From positions 198,968 through 262,967 of the forward strand of contig JBNKCO010000083.1 in the NCBI GenBank assembly GCA_050287785.1: 64,000 nt of DNA, read 5' to 3'. Shown piece after piece: positions 49,402 through 58,713 of the stretch. Numbering within the stretch: position 1 is the first letter of the stretch; each line of letters begins with the position of its first letter. This DNA comes from Bacteroidales bacterium. Lineage in GTDB: Bacteria > Bacteroidota > Bacteroidia > Bacteroidales > UBA10428. A model generated the notes under the pieces. It was not told where the DNA came from. It saw only the letters and a list, made by a program, of their open reading frames with translations, and made no database searches. The position numbers were made by a program, and so were the translations under genes.

Positions 49402-51149
49402 TAAAGAGAAAAAGGCCTCACATACTATATAGAATTATTTCAGGATACATTATCCTGTTTCTATTCTTTCTATTAGCCAGCCTCTTTTACCTTAATAAAA
49501 TTAAAAACACCAACATAATTGTTAATAACATAATTAAACATCCGTATACAGTTAGTAATAGTTCAAGAAATGTGAATGTATACATTAATGCAATGCACCG
49601 TACAATGAAAGATGTTGCACTTGCAGAGTCAGAAGAGCAATTAATAAAAGAAATTGAAAAGGTTGATTCTCTAGAGAAATTGGCACAAGAACAATTGCAA
49701 ATTATTAAGGCAAATTACCTTGGAAATATTGATGACGTTGTTGAGTTGCAAAACAATTTTAATAATTGGAACCCAATTCGCGAAGAAGTAATTCAAAAAG
49801 TACGGAACAATAATAGAAGTGATGCTATCAAAATAACACAGCATAAATGTGCTATTCAAGTTGATCTGTTAATTGCTAACTCACAAAAACTTATAGATTT
49901 TGCATCCACTAAAGCACTAGAATTCAATAACAAGGCGCAAGACTCACTTAAACACTCCTATCAAGTTAGTTTCATAGTTACATTAATTGCCCTTCTTTTT
50001 CTTTTAACTTTAATGGTAATTGGATACCAATCAGTTAATAAACCCTTAAAGGAAATTGTTGAAAGAATTCGCAAGGTTTCTAAAATAAGTGTTGATAGTA
50101 AAATACCCAATAAAGAAAAAAACATCCTTGTAATTCTAGACTATGCTATTCATGATTTAGAAATTAAAACTTTGAGTCTACAACAAGAAATTGAAGAAAA
50201 AACAGCAACAGAAGAAGAGTTAAGTGAACATAAAATGATATTGGAAGATACTATTGAAGAAAGAACTAAAGAGCTTAAAGCAGAATTAGAAAGGCGGAGA
50301 ATAGCAGAAAATGAATTAAAAAATCAACATGATAAGCTTGAAAAACTAGTTCAGCAAAGAACAGAGGTTATCCAAAAAAAGAATCAAAAACTAAAAGAAT
50401 CAAAAAAAGCTATGGTTTTCCTGCTCGAAGATGTAAATGAAGGGCGAGCATTATTAGCCAATACCAACGAAAGTTTAAAATCTACGATAAATGATTTGGA
50501 AGCGTTTTCATATTCCGTTTCGCACGACCTAAAAGCCCCCTTAAGAGCTATAGTTGGGTTTTCACAAATTCTAATAGAAGATTATGCCTCGCAATTAAAA
50601 CCTGAAGCAAAGGAGTATGTCGAGCTTATTAATAAAAACGCCAAAAACATGGGGGTGTTAATAAATGATTTACTCAACTTCTCTCGAATGGGCCGAAAGG
50701 CTTTACAAAAACAAAAAGTTGATATAAACGATATAGCCAAAAGAGTTCAGCAGGAATTACTGGTAGCATTGCCGGATAGAAAGATAATGATTAAAATAAA
50801 GCCCATGCCTTTGGCAAATGCCGACGAAACTCTAATCTACCTTGTAATGCAGAATCTAATTTCAAATGCTTTAAAATTCACAGCTATCGATAAGAATCCG
50901 CTGGTGGAAATTGGCTCTTTCCTGCAAAACGAAAAAAATGTTTTTTATGTAAAAGACAATGGTATTGGTTTCGATATGAAATATGCCGAAAAAATATTTG
51001 ATGTTTTTCAGCGTTTGCACAATGCTGATGAATATCAGGGTACTGGAATTGGACTGGCTATTGTTCAACGTATTATTCAAAAACATGGAGGGAAAATTTG
51101 GGTGGAATCAGAAAAGAACAAAGGTTCTACTTTCTTTTTTATACTATAA
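49398..51149 (+). CDS. Sensor histidine kinase with an N-terminal extracytoplasmic four-helix-bundle (MCP-like) sensor, coiled coil, HisKA and HATPase_c
   Basis: Two TM segments flank a helical domain of about 160 aa. H-box FSYSVSHDLKAPLR. N/G boxes (NLISNALKFT, DNGIGFD, GTGIGLAIV). Confidence 0.85.
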   Translation: MIKRKRPHILYRIISGYIILFLFFLLASLFYLNKIKNTNIIVNNIIKHPYTVSNSSRNVNVYINAMHRTMKDVALAESEEQLIKEIEKVDSLEKLAQEQLQIIKANYLGNIDDVVELQNNFNNWNPIREEVIQKVRNNNRSDAIKITQHKCAIQVDLLIANSQKLIDFASTKALEFNNKAQDSLKHSYQVSFIVTLIALLFLLTLMVIGYQSVNKPLKEIVERIRKVSKISVDSKIPNKEKNILVILDYAIHDLEIKTLSLQQEIEEKTATEEELSEHKMILEDTIEERTKELKAELERRRIAENELKNQHDKLEKLVQQRTEVIQKKNQKLKESKKAMVFLLEDVNEGRALLANTNESLKSTINDLEAFSYSVSHDLKAPLRAIVGFSQILIEDYASQLKPEAKEYVELINKNAKNMGVLINDLLNFSRMGRKALQKQKVDINDIAKRVQQELLVALPDRKIMIKIKPMPLANADETLIYLVMQNLISNALKFTAIDKNPLVEIGSFLQNEKNVFYVKDNGIGFDMKYAEKIFDVFQRLHNADEYQGTGIGLAIVQRIIQKHGGKIWVESEKNKGSTFFFIL

Positions 51150-51182
51150 AGTTTTGAGTAACTTACTTCTAGAATATAAATT

Positions 51183-51614
51183 ATGAAAACAACTGAAATA
51201 TTATTTGTCGAAGATAACCCTGATGATATAAGATTAACGTTAAGAGCCTTGAAAAAGCGAAATCTGTCAAATAAAATTTTAACAATTACAGATGGAGAAG
51301 AAGCACTGGAATATATTTTTTGTAAAGGCCGCTATGTCGAACGGCATAAAAGCCAAAAACCTAAAGTTATTGTTTTAGACCTTAAGCTACCTAAAGTTGG
51401 CGGAATTGAAATATTGAAAAAAATAAAATCTGACGAGCATACAAAAAATATTCCTGTAGTTATATTAACATCATCAAGGGAAGAAAGCGATATGGTAAAA
51501 AGTTACAGCTATGGTGTAAATAGCTATGTTGTTAAACCTATTAATTTCGACAGTTTCACTGAAGCAATATCCTCTTTAGGAATTTATTGGCTTTTAGTAA
51601 ATGAATCATTATAA
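51183..51614 (+). CDS. Single-domain response regulator (CheY/Rcp1-like receiver)
   Basis: ILFVEDNPDD..., phospho-acceptor context VIVLDLKLP, TSS and KP motifs. 143 aa with no output domain. Confidence 0.9.
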   Translation: MKTTEILFVEDNPDDIRLTLRALKKRNLSNKILTITDGEEALEYIFCKGRYVERHKSQKPKVIVLDLKLPKVGGIEILKKIKSDEHTKNIPVVILTSSREESDMVKSYSYGVNSYVVKPINFDSFTEAISSLGIYWLLVNESL

Positions 51615-51671
51615 TAATTAAACGAAATATCAAGGCAAACAAAACAAGAATAACGAAAATAAACTTTAAAT

Positions 51672-51832
51672 AGTCTTTGCAATAAAACTACCCCGAGCGT
51701 AATTACGAGCTAAGCACAGCAATCTCAAGTTATTGATTGCCAACACAAAAGATTATCTCAATAAGCTCTGTTTCAATATGGTAGCTTCATCCCTACCAAT
51801 AACGGAGATTATTGAGTTTTCTTGCAAAGACA
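51672..51832 (+). repeat. 161-nt palindromic MITE-like element, copy 1
   Basis: Terminal inverted repeats: AGTCTTTGCAATAAAACT (51672-51689) and AGTTTTCTTGCAAAGAC (51815-51831). Roughly 70-80 percent identical by eye over its whole length to the reverse complement of 59030-59190. Ends 64 nt upstream of the hybrid kinase ATG. Confidence 0.65.
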
Positions 51833-51895
51833 ACATATAGGTCTATGGATTGTTAAAATTTTTAACGAATACCATTAATTTAAAAGCTTACTCGA

Positions 51896-54205
51896 ATGAA
51901 AGATCCCATAAATATCCTCCTTCTGGAAGACAATCTCAACGATGCTAAATTAGTTCAAAATCGAGTAATCAAAAGCAATGTAAAATTTCAATGGTTACAT
52001 GTGTCAAAATTTGATGCTTTTGATGAAGCCCTCGATACTTTCAAGCCTGATATTATCCTTTCTGACTATTACCTTACTGAATTTACGGGTCTGGATGCAT
52101 TAAAGCTTGTCAGGCAAAAATGCCCATTAGTACCATTTATTGTGGTCACAGGTACTCTAGATGACGAAACTGCTACAGAAACAATAAAAAATGGCGCATG
52201 GGATTATATAGTAAAAGATAGGCTTGGACGCCTTGACACAGCAATAAAAAACGCACTTCAATTAAGTAAAGAAAGAGAGGAGAAAGAAAAGTCAGATGAG
52301 AATGTAAGATTAAGTAATGAACGATATCGCATAATTTTCGACAATGCCCCAGATGCATTATTCATCAGTGATATAAATGGGATTGCCATAGAAGCGAATC
52401 ATGTTATGGAAAAATTACTGGAATTAAGTAGAGAAGACATTATCGGAAAGAACCTAATTAAGCTTGCCCTACTACAAGAAAATCAGATTCTGGAAACATT
52501 AAAGATAATTGCCCAGGAAAATCTTTCTGATTCTAAAAATCCAGAAGAAATTAAAATAAAAAGAAAAGACGGCACTGAAATTTTTATTGAATTAAATATA
52601 CACTTTATTAATTATCTCGGGAAAAAGCATATAATGGGAATGATCCGGGATATTACAGAACGTAAGCAGTCAGAGGATGCATTAAGGCAAAGCTATGAGC
52701 TTCAAAAATCTTTATTACAGACTATCCCTTTCGGTATAGAAATTGTTGATGAAGAAGGAAATATCCTTTTCCTAAACAAAAATCTTCAAAAGATATTTGG
52801 CTCTGAAGCAATTGGCAAGAAATGCTGGTCTTTATACCGCGATAATAAAACGCAATGTGACAATTGTCCTTTGAAAGCAGGAATAGAAATAGGAAAGACT
52901 GATGTTTATAGTACTGAAGGCATTTTGGGGGGAAGAACATTCGAAATCAACCATACAGGTATGATATATAAAGAGAAGAAAGCTATGCTAGAAGTATTTC
53001 AAGATGTTACAGAACGCAAACAGGCTGAAGAAGAATTAGTTAAAGCAAAGGTTAAAGCCGAAGAAAGCGATCGTCTAAAAACAGCTTTCCTTCATAATAT
53101 TTCGCACGAAATTCGTACTCCAATGAATGCCATTGTTGGCTTTTCCGATTTACTCCTGGAGCCCGATTTGAATCAAGAAAAACGCAAACATTTCGTCGAT
53201 ATAATTAACCAAAGTAGTAAACAGTTGCTTAGCATTATCTCCGATATAATTAGCATTGCTTCTATAGAGGCTCAACAAGAAAAAATTCTGGAAAGTAAGA
53301 CTAATATTAATTCAATCTGTAAACTATTAATTGAGCAACACTCTCAAAACCCTAAACACAAAAATGTTACAATCGATTTTAAACCCTTTTTATCCGATGA
53401 CAAAGCCAATATTTTTGCCGATGCAACTAAACTAACACAGATTCTAACCAATCTTATTGGAAATGCCCTTAAATTTACAAAACAAGGTTTCATCAATATT
53501 GGATATACTCTAAAAGATAAGCTATTGGAGTTTTACGTGGAAGATTCAGGCATTGGTATTCCTTTAGATATGCATAGTAAAATATTCGATCGTTTTTGGC
53601 AGGTTGAAACCACAGACGCACAAAAATTTGGTGGTTCAGGCTTGGGGTTGCCCATCTCTAAAGCTTATACCGAAATGCTTGGCGGTAAAATGTGGTTAAC
53701 TTCCGAAGTTAATAATGGCTCTGTGTTCTTTTTTACCATTCCTTATAAAAAAGTAACTCCGAAAGAACTATCCAACATTCCATTAACAAATAGATTAAAC
53801 CTTGATAACAACAATTCAAAAACATTGTTAATTGCCGAAGATGAGGATCACAATTATTATCTTTTAGAAGAAATATTATCAGAGCTGAAAATTAATATTA
53901 TCAGAGCCACTAATGGTACCGAAGCTGTTGAGTTGTGCAAATCGAACTCACAAATTGATTTAGTATTGATGGATATAAAAATGCCTAAAATGAATGGCTA
54001 CGAAGCAACAAAACAAATTAAACTTTTTAGGCCAAATTTATCTATAATTGCCCAAACTGCCTTTAGTACCGAAGAGGATAAGAACAAAGCTTTTGCCAGT
54101 GGATGTTCCGATTTTATTAGCAAACCTATTAAAAGCGAATTGCTACTTTCAAAAATAAATAATCAATTTCTAAAAAATAAACAAAATACGACTCTCACTG
54201 ATTAA
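51896..54205 (+). CDS. Hybrid sensor kinase: REC - PAS - Cys-cluster PAS - HisKA - HATPase_c - REC
   Basis: N-terminal receiver (ILLLEDNLND...IILSDYYL). Two PAS units (DITERKQSED, DVTERKQAEE). Cys-x11-Cys-x2-Cys in PAS2. H-box FLHNISHEIRTPMN. G boxes. C-terminal receiver (LLIAEDEDHN...LVLMDIKMPKMNG). Confidence 0.85.
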   Translation: MKDPINILLLEDNLNDAKLVQNRVIKSNVKFQWLHVSKFDAFDEALDTFKPDIILSDYYLTEFTGLDALKLVRQKCPLVPFIVVTGTLDDETATETIKNGAWDYIVKDRLGRLDTAIKNALQLSKEREEKEKSDENVRLSNERYRIIFDNAPDALFISDINGIAIEANHVMEKLLELSREDIIGKNLIKLALLQENQILETLKIIAQENLSDSKNPEEIKIKRKDGTEIFIELNIHFINYLGKKHIMGMIRDITERKQSEDALRQSYELQKSLLQTIPFGIEIVDEEGNILFLNKNLQKIFGSEAIGKKCWSLYRDNKTQCDNCPLKAGIEIGKTDVYSTEGILGGRTFEINHTGMIYKEKKAMLEVFQDVTERKQAEEELVKAKVKAEESDRLKTAFLHNISHEIRTPMNAIVGFSDLLLEPDLNQEKRKHFVDIINQSSKQLLSIISDIISIASIEAQQEKILESKTNINSICKLLIEQHSQNPKHKNVTIDFKPFLSDDKANIFADATKLTQILTNLIGNALKFTKQGFINIGYTLKDKLLEFYVEDSGIGIPLDMHSKIFDRFWQVETTDAQKFGGSGLGLPISKAYTEMLGGKMWLTSEVNNGSVFFFTIPYKKVTPKELSNIPLTNRLNLDNNNSKTLLIAEDEDHNYYLLEEILSELKINIIRATNGTEAVELCKSNSQIDLVLMDIKMPKMNGYEATKQIKLFRPNLSIIAQTAFSTEEDKNKAFASGCSDFISKPIKSELLLSKINNQFLKNKQNTTLTD

Positions 54206-54322
54206 GACTTTGTACCTTTAATAGGGGTAAGTTTTTTCCCATTCTTTTTCATTACAATAGAATATCTGCCTTGATACTTTTAAGACATGACTGAAATTAA
54301 AATACAAGAGTAGAACACTACA

Positions 54323-54356
54323 GCACTATATACTTTCACAAGTAAGTATATAGTGC
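54323..54356 (+). other. Perfect 12-bp stem hairpin in the kinase-kinase intergenic region
   Basis: GCACTATATACT (54323-54334), 10-nt loop, AGTATATAGTGC (54345-54356). Lies 118 nt after the stop at 54205. No U-run follows. Confidence 0.3.
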
Positions 54357-54438
54357 AACTGATAGCATGAACTCACAAATACCTTTAAAGGTATCTACCC
54401 GGTGAGTATAACAGACATTTAATTAAAAGAACGTTAAA

Positions 54439-57400
54439 ATGGCTGCAAAATCAAAAAGTGTTCAATCTAATAAAGATATAAGGGGCCGTGTTCCTAATGA
54501 CAAAATTGCTACTAAAAACAATAAACACAACCAATTAACGGAGATTGAAACCATAGAGTACAGGCAGCTGGAGGATCAAATCCTTGAAAAAGAGGAAATC
54601 ATAAAGGCCATCACTGAATTAACTTATGATGCCGTAATTATAATGAATGGAAAGGGAATTATCACTTTCTGGAATGATGCTGCAAGCAAAATGTTTGGGT
54701 ATTCCAAAGAAGAAGCCATAGGCAAAAACCTATATAAATTAATTACTCCGGAAAGGTTTATAAAAGCTCAACTTTCAGCTTTTTCTCATTTTTCAAAAAC
54801 TGGTAAAGGTGCTGCCATTGGCAAAACAGTTGAATTATATGCAATTGGAAAAAATCAAATAGAATTTCCTATAGAGCTTTCTTTTTCAAGCATAAATATA
54901 AAAGGAGAATGGTTTGCCGTAGGCATTATTCGAGATATTTCTGAGCGTAAGCAAGCAGAGCTCAATAACAAAGAAAGAATAAAAAAGTTAAACTGTCTTA
55001 TCGGTATTTCTAAAATTATTGAGACACCAAATCTATCCTTGAAAGAAATATTCCTTAAAGTTGTTAATCTGGTTCCTGCTTCCTGGCAATATCCTAAAAT
55101 AGCAAGTTGCCTAATTATTATAGATAAAACTGAATACAAAGAACCAAAATTCAAGAAAACAAACTGGATACTATCCAGTAAGATTAAGGTTAATGGCAAG
55201 AATGTCGGAACTATCGAAATCTGTTATTTGGAAGAAACGCCCAATTGTGACGAAGGACCTTTCTTGAAAGAAGAAAGATTGCTTATTAATGCTATAGCTG
55301 AGCGCTTAGGACGCGTAGTAGAACGCAACCTGGCTGAAAGTGCTTTAAAGGAAAGTGATGAACGATATCGTATAATTTTCGATATGGCACCTGATGGATT
55401 ATTTATCAGTGATTTGAAAGGTGTTACCATTGAAATGAATCATGCAATCGAAAAAATACTGGGATTAGAAAGAGAAGAAATTATCGGCAAGAACTTTTTT
55501 AGACTTGGTTTAATTAAACCAAGTCAGATTCCAAAAGCAAGAAAAATATTAACATCAGAGATTTTCTCAAGAGTTCAAAAATCTGAGGTATTAACGATAA
55601 CACGAAGAGATGGAACAGAGATTCATATAGCCCTGAATGTACACTTCATCAATTACCTTGGAAAAAAACATATGCTGGGAATTGCCAGAGATGTAACTGA
55701 AACCAAACAATTTGAAGATAAGATACAGGAGGCCATTGCCAGGCACTCTGCAATGATAGAAAATATTGGTGATGTTATTGCCATTATGGGGGTCGATGGC
55801 ATTACGAAATATCAAAGTCCAAATATTGAGCGGTGGTTTGGATGGAAGCAGGAAGATATTATTAATACAAATGGCTGGAACAATGTGCATCCTGATGATA
55901 TTGAAAGAATACAGGAAGAATACAGGAAATTACTCGAAAAAGAAACTGCCTCGATAGTTGAATTCCGATTCAAATGTAAAGATGGTACATATAAGTGGAT
56001 AGAACTTACTGCCCTTAACCGCATCAACCACCCTGGAATTAATGGAGTGCTACTAAATTACCACGACATTACCGAGCGTAAGAGCTATCAGAAGATGATT
56101 AACAAGCGTATCGTTTCACTTACCCAACCCCTATCACAAGATGCGCACATCCCTTTTGATGAATTATTTAATCTGGACGATATTCAACGTATTCAGGATG
56201 AATTTGCCAATGCAACTGGCGTAGCCTCCAGAATAACCCATCCCAATGGCAAACCTATCACCCGACCAAGCAATTCCACCCGCCTTTGTTACGATATTAT
56301 TCGAGAAACCGAAAAGGGCTGCGCCAACTGTATTTTGTCAGATGCTGCAATTGGTTCTCCCAAAACCGATGGCCCAAACATACAACCTTGCCTGAGTGGA
56401 GGCTTATGGGATGCTGGTGCCAGCATTATTGTAGGTGGGCATCATATTGCTAACTGGCTAATCGGCCAGGTACGCGACGAAACTCAGACCGATGAAGCTA
56501 TGATTGCCTATGCCCGTCAGATTGGCGCCAACGAAACAGCTGTTCTTGATGCATTCCATGAAGTGCCTTCAATGTCGCACGAGCATTTTACTCAGGTAGC
56601 ACAAGCACTCTACACTTTGGCCAATCAGCTTTCTAATTCAGCTTATCAGAATATGCAACAAGCACGGTATATTACTGAACTTAAGGAGACAGAAGAAGCG
56701 CTACGCGAGAGCGAAGAGAACTTTCGCGCACTCGTAACTAACGCTCCCGATATAATAATGTTACTCGACCGCCATGGCAAGATAATATATGTCAACCATG
56801 ACATTGGGGAACTCTCATCAGATAAAGCTTTTGATGCGAATGTGAGTGACTTTATAGCACCTGAACATACTAAGACTGTGATGAACGCAATCGAAACTGC
56901 TTTCAACGATAATAAGTCAACATCGTATGAAGTTACGGGTCGCGGACCCAACGGCAAAACAGCGTATTACTCAACACACTTAGGCCCTATTAAGCAAGGA
57001 GGCGAGGTTATGGCGGCCATTCAAATTTCAACTGACATCACCGAGCGAAAACAGACCGAACAGTTAATCCATCAAAAAAACGAATTCCTGAAATTAATAT
57101 TAGACTCTTTAACACATCCATTTTTCGTTATTAATGTTTCAGATTATACTGTCAGTATAGCAAATTCTGCTGCTCTTAATGGTCAGTTATCATCATGTTT
57201 AACCTGTCACACAATTACCCATAAGAGAAATACAGCTTGTAATTCTTCCGAGCATCCTTGTCCGATTAAAATAATTAAAAAGACAAAAAAAGCTGTAATC
57301 CTGGAACATGTCCATTATGATGATGAAGGAAATTTGAAAAATATTGAAGTTCATGCCCACCCCATTTTTGACAGTAAGGGAAACGTCTTCCAGGTAATTG

Positions 57401-58638
57401 AATATTACATTGATATTACCGAACGCAAGAGAGCGGAAGAGGCACTACTTGAAAGTACAAGAAAATTAAAAGAAGCCCAGGAAATGGCCCATCTTGGATT
57501 CTGGATTTGGGATGTCAAGTCGGGCGAAATAGAATGGTCGAAAGAAATATTTAAGATATTTGGCCTCGATCCGGCCACGTTCACCCCACAGATTGATTCA
57601 ATACTTGCTTTGTCACCCTGGCCGGAGGACTATAATCGAAATACTAAATTAATCAACCATGCTGTTAAATCACATATGCCAGGCCATTATGAGCAAAAGT
57701 TCCTTCGTCCTGATAAAAGTATTGGTTACTATTACTCGACCTTTCAAGGCAAATACGATGAAAATGGCATAATAACTTCCATAGTTGGTACAGTGCTTGA
57801 TATCACTGAACGCAAGCAGGCTCAAGAGAAAATTAAAAATTTCAATACTATATTAGAACAACAAGTACAGCAACGTACAAATCAATTGGCTAATGCTAAC
57901 AAAGAACTTGAGCAATCACTTCAGCTTATTGATGACAAAGATCGTTTTATATCAATTCTTGCACACGATTTAAAGAATCCGTTTAATGTTATATTGGGCT
58001 TCGCAAATTTATTAGTCGAAAACATTCACGAATACGATGCTAATTCAATTAAGCAACAAGTAAATAACCTTATAAATTCTGCACAAAGCGCTTATAATTT
58101 ACTGGAAGAATTATTAAAATGGACACAATCTCAATCAGGCAAGATGCCTTTTGAACCACAAAAACTTAATTTTTCGGAAACTTGTTTAGAAGTAATTCAA
58201 ACTCTGAAACCAAATGCTATTTCAAAAAACATCACAATAAAAGACTCTAATGACAAAAAAGCAACTTTATATGCTGATGTTAATATGTTAAAAACTGTAT
58301 TGCGTAATATTATTTCAAACGCCATAAAGTTTTGCATGCCAGGAGGTCTGATAGTTGTCTCATCTAAGAAAACAAAATCAAACTTAACAATTACCATTTC
58401 GGATAATGGAGTAGGAATGACACCGAAAAAATTAAAAAACCTTTTTGATCTAACTAAAATTCATTCAACAACCGGAACTGCTGAGGAAAAAGGAACGGGT
58501 TTAGGATTGGTTCTTTGTAAAGAATTTATAGAAAAACACAATGGAAAAATTTGGGTAGAAAGTGAATCAGAAAAAGGCAGTAAGTTTATAATTACGCTCC
58601 CTTTAAATGATAAAAAACTGATTCAAGACAACTTTTAG
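54439..58638 (+). CDS. Giant cytoplasmic multi-sensor histidine kinase: about six PAS/PAC units, an unassigned module, a PocR-like domain, a Cys-cluster PAS, HisKA and HATPase_c
   Basis: No TM segment. Repeated D-I-(S/T)-E-R-K PAS linkers. PocR-like block FANATGVASRITHPNGKPI...RLCYDIIRETEKGCANC...QPCLSGGLWDAGASIIVGGHHIANWLIGQV. H-box ILAHDLKNPFN. G boxes (DNGVGM, GTGLGLVL). Confidence 0.85.
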   Translation: MAAKSKSVQSNKDIRGRVPNDKIATKNNKHNQLTEIETIEYRQLEDQILEKEEIIKAITELTYDAVIIMNGKGIITFWNDAASKMFGYSKEEAIGKNLYKLITPERFIKAQLSAFSHFSKTGKGAAIGKTVELYAIGKNQIEFPIELSFSSINIKGEWFAVGIIRDISERKQAELNNKERIKKLNCLIGISKIIETPNLSLKEIFLKVVNLVPASWQYPKIASCLIIIDKTEYKEPKFKKTNWILSSKIKVNGKNVGTIEICYLEETPNCDEGPFLKEERLLINAIAERLGRVVERNLAESALKESDERYRIIFDMAPDGLFISDLKGVTIEMNHAIEKILGLEREEIIGKNFFRLGLIKPSQIPKARKILTSEIFSRVQKSEVLTITRRDGTEIHIALNVHFINYLGKKHMLGIARDVTETKQFEDKIQEAIARHSAMIENIGDVIAIMGVDGITKYQSPNIERWFGWKQEDIINTNGWNNVHPDDIERIQEEYRKLLEKETASIVEFRFKCKDGTYKWIELTALNRINHPGINGVLLNYHDITERKSYQKMINKRIVSLTQPLSQDAHIPFDELFNLDDIQRIQDEFANATGVASRITHPNGKPITRPSNSTRLCYDIIRETEKGCANCILSDAAIGSPKTDGPNIQPCLSGGLWDAGASIIVGGHHIANWLIGQVRDETQTDEAMIAYARQIGANETAVLDAFHEVPSMSHEHFTQVAQALYTLANQLSNSAYQNMQQARYITELKETEEALRESEENFRALVTNAPDIIMLLDRHGKIIYVNHDIGELSSDKAFDANVSDFIAPEHTKTVMNAIETAFNDNKSTSYEVTGRGPNGKTAYYSTHLGPIKQGGEVMAAIQISTDITERKQTEQLIHQKNEFLKLILDSLTHPFFVINVSDYTVSIANSAALNGQLSSCLTCHTITHKRNTACNSSEHPCPIKIIKKTKKAVILEHVHYDDEGNLKNIEVHAHPIFDSKGNVFQVIEYYIDITERKRAEEALLESTRKLKEAQEMAHLGFWIWDVKSGEIEWSKEIFKIFGLDPATFTPQIDSILALSPWPEDYNRNTKLINHAVKSHMPGHYEQKFLRPDKSIGYYYSTFQGKYDENGIITSIVGTVLDITERKQAQEKIKNFNTILEQQVQQRTNQLANANKELEQSLQLIDDKDRFISILAHDLKNPFNVILGFANLLVENIHEYDANSIKQQVNNLINSAQSAYNLLEELLKWTQSQSGKMPFEPQKLNFSETCLEVIQTLKPNAISKNITIKDSNDKKATLYADVNMLKTVLRNIISNAIKFCMPGGLIVVSSKKTKSNLTITISDNGVGMTPKKLKNLFDLTKIHSTTGTAEEKGTGLGLVLCKEFIEKHNGKIWVESESEKGSKFIITLPLNDKKLIQDNF

Positions 58639-58713
58639 ATTTGACCTGCAAGAGTTTAGAAACAAAGTAATCGAAGTAAAACAGAGCTTATTAATATAAA
58701 CTATACGAATCAA

